DNA of 64,000 nucleotides, from NCBI GenBank assembly GCA_045121075.1, contig JBGVFK010000005.1, positions 6,913 to 70,912 on the forward strand, in the 5' to 3' direction. Positions 60,870-64,000 of this stretch are shown here, one piece after another (the stretch's first letter is position 1; each line of letters opens with the position of its first letter). Both the position numbers and the translations under genes were made by a program. The notes under the pieces were generated by a model. It was given only the letters and a program-made list of their open reading frames with translations. It was not told the DNA's origin and did no database searches. Source of the stretch: Acutalibacteraceae bacterium (lineage in GTDB: Bacteria > Bacillota > Clostridia > Oscillospirales > Acutalibacteraceae).

Positions 60870-62696
60870 ATGGGGCGATTTCCCTTGCATGAAAGAGTAA
60901 AGGTTCCTGTAATAAAGAACCTGAAATTTGCTCTTGGCTTAGTCTGGCAGACTGATAAACGTCTGCTTATAGGCTATCTTATAAATATGACCGTAGACGG
61001 AATTTTCAGAATGTTTGTGCAGAACATTCTCTTTCTTAAAATTCTTCTCGGTATAATCGACAGAAACGGAAGCTTTGAGGAATACTTCAGAAATCTTCTC
61101 TTGTTTCTTGCTGTTTCGGTTTTTCTTAAGGCGGTCAACTGGTCGTCGAACTATATGCGTCAGGCGGCAACAAAGAATGTACTGAAGGGGCTTAATAATC
61201 TGGTTTTCAGAAAGGCTATTTCTCTTGATGTATCCTGCTATGAGGACCCGTCATTCTACGACAAGTATCAGCGTGCTACCAATGTTCTTGCCTGGAGCTA
61301 TTTTGATGCAATCTGCTCTGCGGTGTCATCCGTTATCGGCAGCACAATTGCTCTTTTATTTGTAATCGGTACAGTTACTGTAATTGAGCCTACTTATCTT
61401 ATTTTTCTCCTTCCGGTTGCTCTTGTTTTTGTAATTGAAATTACAAAGAGTAAGCTTGTTTATAAGCGTGACCTTGAAATGACCACCAACAACCGAATCA
61501 AGGCTTACATACAAAGAACAGTTTTCCTTAAGGAATATTCAAAGGACCTTCGTACCTCAAACATTTTTGCGGTGCTTATGACACGCTTCAAAGCTGCAAT
61601 TGACGGCAATGTGATGATTCTTAAAAAGTACGGAGTGAAGCTTTTTCTTTTCAGTATGGTAAGCTCACTTTTCAGCGAGTTTATTCCCATAATCGGCACT
61701 TATGCCTTTGCGGCTTATCAGTTTGTTTATACAAACGCTCTCACAATTTCAGGCTTCTCCGTTGTGCTTTCTTCAATCAACTCAGTAAGAGAATCAATAA
61801 TGTCCATCGCCAACAATTTCGATATGATTACCAATATGGCGTTTTACTTCCAGAATCTCCGTGATTTCTTTGACTATGAGCCTAAGGTTGAAAGCGGTAA
61901 GGAAGAGTGCGGAGAATTCCAGAGCCTTGAATTTAAAAATGTATCCTTCCGTTATCCTTCCGCAGAGAAAAACTCACTTAACAATGTTTCCTTTAAAATT
62001 GAGAAGGGCGAAACCGTTGCAATTGTAGGTGTTAACGGTGCAGGTAAGTCAACCATAGTAAAGCTTCTTCTTCGTTTCTATGATGTAAGTGAAGGTGAAA
62101 TTCTTCTTAACGGAAGAAACATCAAGGAGTATGACCTTGCTTCTCTCAGACGAAGCTACGGTGCAGTTTTTCAGGATTACCGCAACTTTGCCGTATCTGT
62201 TTTTGAAAATATTATGTGCCACGAATGCTCCGACGAAGAAAAGAAGGTTGCTGAAAAAGCCCTTATTCAGAGCGGTATATGGGAGAAAATTTCAGGTCTT
62301 CCCAAGGGTGGCGACACTGTAATTACAAAGGAATTTGAAAAGGACGGTATCGGACTTTCAGGCGGTGAAAATCAGAAGGTTTCTGTTGCACGACTTTTTG
62401 CAAAGGACTTTCAGTTTGCAGTGCTTGATGAGCCCTCCTCAGCTCTTGACCCGATAGCCGAGTACAAAATGTATGAGAATCTTATTGAGGTTACAAAGGA
62501 TAAAACTGTAATGTATATATCTCACCGACTTTCAAGTGCAGTGCTTTCCGATAAGATTATTGTAATTTCAGGTGGTAGAGTTATTGAAACAGGCAGCCAC
62601 AAGGAGCTTATTGAAGCAGACGGAGAATACAGCCGTATGTTTACTCTTCAGGCTTCAAGCTATAACAAGGAAAGCGAGGGTGACAACAATGAGTAA
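60870..62696 (+). CDS. ABC exporter, fused permease/ATPase (subunit 1 of a heterodimer pair)
   Basis: Six TM segments are followed by Walker A GVNGAGKST, the signature LSGGENQK, and Walker B AVLDEPSS. I place the start at the ATG at 60870 (GAGGTG RBS). Confidence 0.85.
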   Translation: MGRFPLHERVKVPVIKNLKFALGLVWQTDKRLLIGYLINMTVDGIFRMFVQNILFLKILLGIIDRNGSFEEYFRNLLLFLAVSVFLKAVNWSSNYMRQAATKNVLKGLNNLVFRKAISLDVSCYEDPSFYDKYQRATNVLAWSYFDAICSAVSSVIGSTIALLFVIGTVTVIEPTYLIFLLPVALVFVIEITKSKLVYKRDLEMTTNNRIKAYIQRTVFLKEYSKDLRTSNIFAVLMTRFKAAIDGNVMILKKYGVKLFLFSMVSSLFSEFIPIIGTYAFAAYQFVYTNALTISGFSVVLSSINSVRESIMSIANNFDMITNMAFYFQNLRDFFDYEPKVESGKEECGEFQSLEFKNVSFRYPSAEKNSLNNVSFKIEKGETVAIVGVNGAGKSTIVKLLLRFYDVSEGEILLNGRNIKEYDLASLRRSYGAVFQDYRNFAVSVFENIMCHECSDEEKKVAEKALIQSGIWEKISGLPKGGDTVITKEFEKDGIGLSGGENQKVSVARLFAKDFQFAVLDEPSSALDPIAEYKMYENLIEVTKDKTVMYISHRLSSAVLSDKIIVISGGRVIETGSHKELIEADGEYSRMFTLQASSYNKESEGDNNE

Positions 62697-64000
62697 AAAA
62701 GAAAAAACTCAGTATTCCATGCTTTCAAACATAATCTTTTTTGTGGGTATGCTTTTCAAGGTTTCACCGCTTCTTGTTATCGGTGAATTTATCTGGGGTA
62801 TTCTTCTCATTCTTCCCACAAGGCTTGTGAGCGTAATCGGTGTAAAATATTTCATTGATGTTGTTTCTGAGGGTAAGGACCTTCACAGAATTTTTTATGC
62901 TGTTATTGCTATTGCGGCAGTGCTTATTATCAGTAAGCTTTTTGCCTGGCTTTTCAGAGAATTTTTCTGGAATATGGAAAGAGAAAGAGTTTACTATGGT
63001 CTTAACAAGCGTCTTTACGAAAAGGCAAAGCAGCTTGACCTTGAAAGCTACGACAATCCCGAGTTCTACAATAGCTTTATTCTCACAATTGAATCATCAT
63101 CAGACAACATTCAGAATCTTCTCGGTCTTGTCCGTGAGTATGTGGGTAACACCATTTCACTTATTACAATTTCCTCGATTCTTCTTACTATTGACCCCTG
63201 GTGCCTTCTTATCATCCTTGTTTTTATCGGTGTATTTACACCCTTAAGCAGAAAGATAGGCAACCTTCAGATGGGCAGACGAATTGACAACACAAAATTC
63301 CACCGTCGTAGCGACTACTTCCAGCGCATTTTCTACCTTCAGGATTACTGCAAGGAAGTGAGAATGAATGACATTGAGGATTTGCTTATTGACCGCTACA
63401 ACGATGCAGCTGACGATGTAATTTTGAATCAGAAGAAGTACTGGAAAAAGATTTCCTCACTTTACTTTGTGCAGGAAACAGGTATACAGATTGCAGGCTT
63501 TATGTTTGCACTGCCTCTTTACCTCGGCTATTGTGTGCTTGTTAAGGAAACTCTTTCAGCAGGTGACTTCGTTGCCGCATTCAACGGTGCACATTCAATT
63601 GCAATGTCCATTAACTTCCTTACTGTGTGGGCGGTTGCGGTTTTCTCAGAAAGAGGAAAAATGATTGAAAAATACCGTGAATTCCTTAAGGCAGACTTTA
63701 AAATTTCAGACGGTGCAAAAAAGGCGGAATGTAGTGAGCCTAAGGAGATTAAAATTGAAAACCTCTCTTTTACTTATCCCGGTAACAGTGAGCCTACCTT
63801 AAGCGACATCAATCTCACCATAAAGCCCTATGAAAAAATTGCACTTGTAGGCTACAACGGTGCAGGTAAAACAACACTTACAAACCTGCTTCTTCGTCTT
63901 TATGACCCCACAGAGGGAAGTATTAAAATTGACGGAGAGGATATAAGAGAAAACACACTGGAGTCTCACCGTGACAGATTCTCTGCCGTATTCCAGGACT
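62689..64000 (+). CDS. ABC exporter, fused permease/ATPase (subunit 2), 3'-truncated by the window edge
   Basis: The ATG at 62689 overlaps the upstream stop by 8 nt. The frame stays open to the window end, reading MSKKEKTQYSMLSNIIFFVGML... with Walker A GYNGAGKTT near the end. It is not in the track because no stop lies inside the window. Confidence 0.85.
   Translation, partial: MSKKEKTQYSMLSNIIFFVGMLFKVSPLLVIGEFIWGILLILPTRLVSVIGVKYFIDVVSEGKDLHRIFYAVIAIAAVLIISKLFAWLFREFFWNMERERVYYGLNKRLYEKAKQLDLESYDNPEFYNSFILTIESSSDNIQNLLGLVREYVGNTISLITISSILLTIDPWCLLIILVFIGVFTPLSRKIGNLQMGRRIDNTKFHRRSDYFQRIFYLQDYCKEVRMNDIEDLLIDRYNDAADDVILNQKKYWKKISSLYFVQETGIQIAGFMFALPLYLGYCVLVKETLSAGDFVAAFNGAHSIAMSINFLTVWAVAVFSERGKMIEKYREFLKADFKISDGAKKAECSEPKEIKIENLSFTYPGNSEPTLSDINLTIKPYEKIALVGYNGAGKTTLTNLLLRLYDPTEGSIKIDGEDIRENTLESHRDRFSAVFQD

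Overview
Chromosomal window from an anaerobic Firmicute. The gene content (sensory [FeFe]-hydrogenase-like cluster, class III RNR, membrane pyrophosphatase, GH43, BspA-type LRR surface protein) suggests a Clostridia, Ruminococcus/Oscillospiraceae-like organism; this taxonomic guess is inference only. I call about 53 protein genes, mostly housekeeping: glnA, dnaD/dnaI-like, nrdD, hppA, galT, murE-femAB, rpmH-rnpA-yidD-yidC-jag, copA, an EF-G paralog, a two-component system, a MATE, an MFS and two ABC exporters. There are also two tRNAs (Thr-CGU, Arg-CCU) and one T-box leader. I found no transposase, integrase, CRISPR array or phage genes. The unusual content is as follows. (1) A family of hairpin-mosaic intergenic elements has inverted terminal arms built from 7-nt tandem repeats. 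At least eight loci carry them; one holds an intact four-helix-bundle (23S-IVS family) gene and one holds a decayed copy. Compensatory base changes between copies preserve the internal hairpins. (2) An AT-rich cassette at 43.2-45.6 kb encodes a secreted 328-aa protein flanked by two paralogous 74/77-aa two-TM proteins. Three paralogous promoter-leader modules serve it, and the third drives an A-rich ORF-less transcript. (3) Two otherwise unrelated secreted proteins share a Cys/His-rich amphipathic C-terminal tail. One of them is a 1041-aa LRR protein with about 16 His-Cys3 repeats. (4) NrdD is fused to a glutaredoxin-like domain and is followed 3 nt later by a TrxR-like flavoprotein lacking the NADPH HRRxxxR signature. 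(5) A probable Phe (UUC) T-box controls a phenylacetate-CoA ligase plus ACT-domain operon. All calls come from reading the sequence and the ORF track. No database search, folding or statistics were run.
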